Shown: piece by piece, positions 63,692-64,000 of the stretch
Layout of the letters: each line of letters starts with the position of its first letter
Numbering within the stretch: the first letter of the stretch is position 1
From: Ginglymostoma cirratum
Taxonomy: Eukaryota
Length of the DNA stretch: 64,000 nt
Assembly (NCBI GenBank): GCA_024137785.1
Contig: JAHRHZ010000076.1
Location: 15,141,873 to 15,205,872, forward strand
Reading direction: 5' to 3'
The notes under the pieces: generated by a model
What the model was told of the DNA's origin: nothing
What the model saw: only the letters and a program-made list of their open reading frames with translations
The model's database searches: none
Made by a program: the position numbers and the translations under genes

Positions 63692-64000
63692 GAACTTAAT
63701 TTCAGCAAAGTAAATTTGTGAGATAGCTCTACATAGAATCCTAATGGAGTTGATATGCTGGATGGTCTCATCTTATCCCTTAATGGTTCTTTGACTATTG
63801 TAAATGAAACGTTTCCTTCGAATTACATTTACTTTCCCTGTTGATACTAAGCTTGATAATTTAATGATTGTTTTCCAAACTCAGGCCATTAAGCTGCTTC
63901 TCCTGACAATACCTGACACGTTAGAAAGCTTTGCTTGCCTTTTAATACAAATCCTACTATTTATATTTTGCAGCAACCTTCACCACGATTTCTCAATGAC

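Noticed and set aside
59500-64000. TRG V or D segments
   Set aside because: No V-type framework (WY.Q, YYC) or 23-RSS found. CACTGTG at 63240 lies in an LTR and has no nonamer.
1-64000. Prokaryotic systems (CRISPR arrays, operons, rRNA)
   Set aside because: The window is vertebrate intron/exon DNA; no regular repeat-spacer array or rRNA-like sequence was seen.

Overview
Eukaryotic, AT-rich and repeat-dense DNA from a cartilaginous fish. HE1/V-SINEs, CR1 and Penelope-derived repeats indicate a shark; a carpet-shark (orectolobiform) origin is my impression, not a verified assignment. Two real genes lie tail-to-tail. (1) On the + strand is STARD3NL (MENTHO): a GC-rich promoter and non-coding exon 1 at about 300-427, then 7 coding exons (2729-18347) that splice in frame to a 229-aa MENTAL-domain protein with a phospho-FFAT motif. 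(2) On the - strand is the 3' end of the T-cell receptor gamma locus: four intact J segments, each with a 12-bp-spacer RSS (57944-59255), several degenerate J relics, and a three-exon constant region (55221-55541, 54614-54655, 50440-50570) with a polyA signal at 50081-50086. No V segment was found in the window. This STARD3NL(+)/TRG(-) arrangement matches the mammalian one. The rest is mobile DNA: two young 5'-truncated CR1 LINEs, many old CR1/L2/Rex/Tx1 fragments, two hAT fossils, a Harbinger fossil, solo LTRs, SINEs and a tRNA-Glu pseudogene. Main leads: (a) two families of short Penelope-derived elements with minimal hammerhead-ribozyme cores, often fold-back and with 10-17 bp TSDs, one spanning the 400-N gap in the J-C intron; (b) a RUNX/MYB/E-box/ETS-dense candidate TCR-gamma 3' enhancer bracketed by a ~130-bp inverted repeat; (c) a second T-cell motif cluster inside STARD3NL intron 7; (d) a cysteine-less TCR-gamma connecting peptide; (e) a perfect 72-bp intronic inverted repeat. 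All calls were made by eye; no database searches were run.
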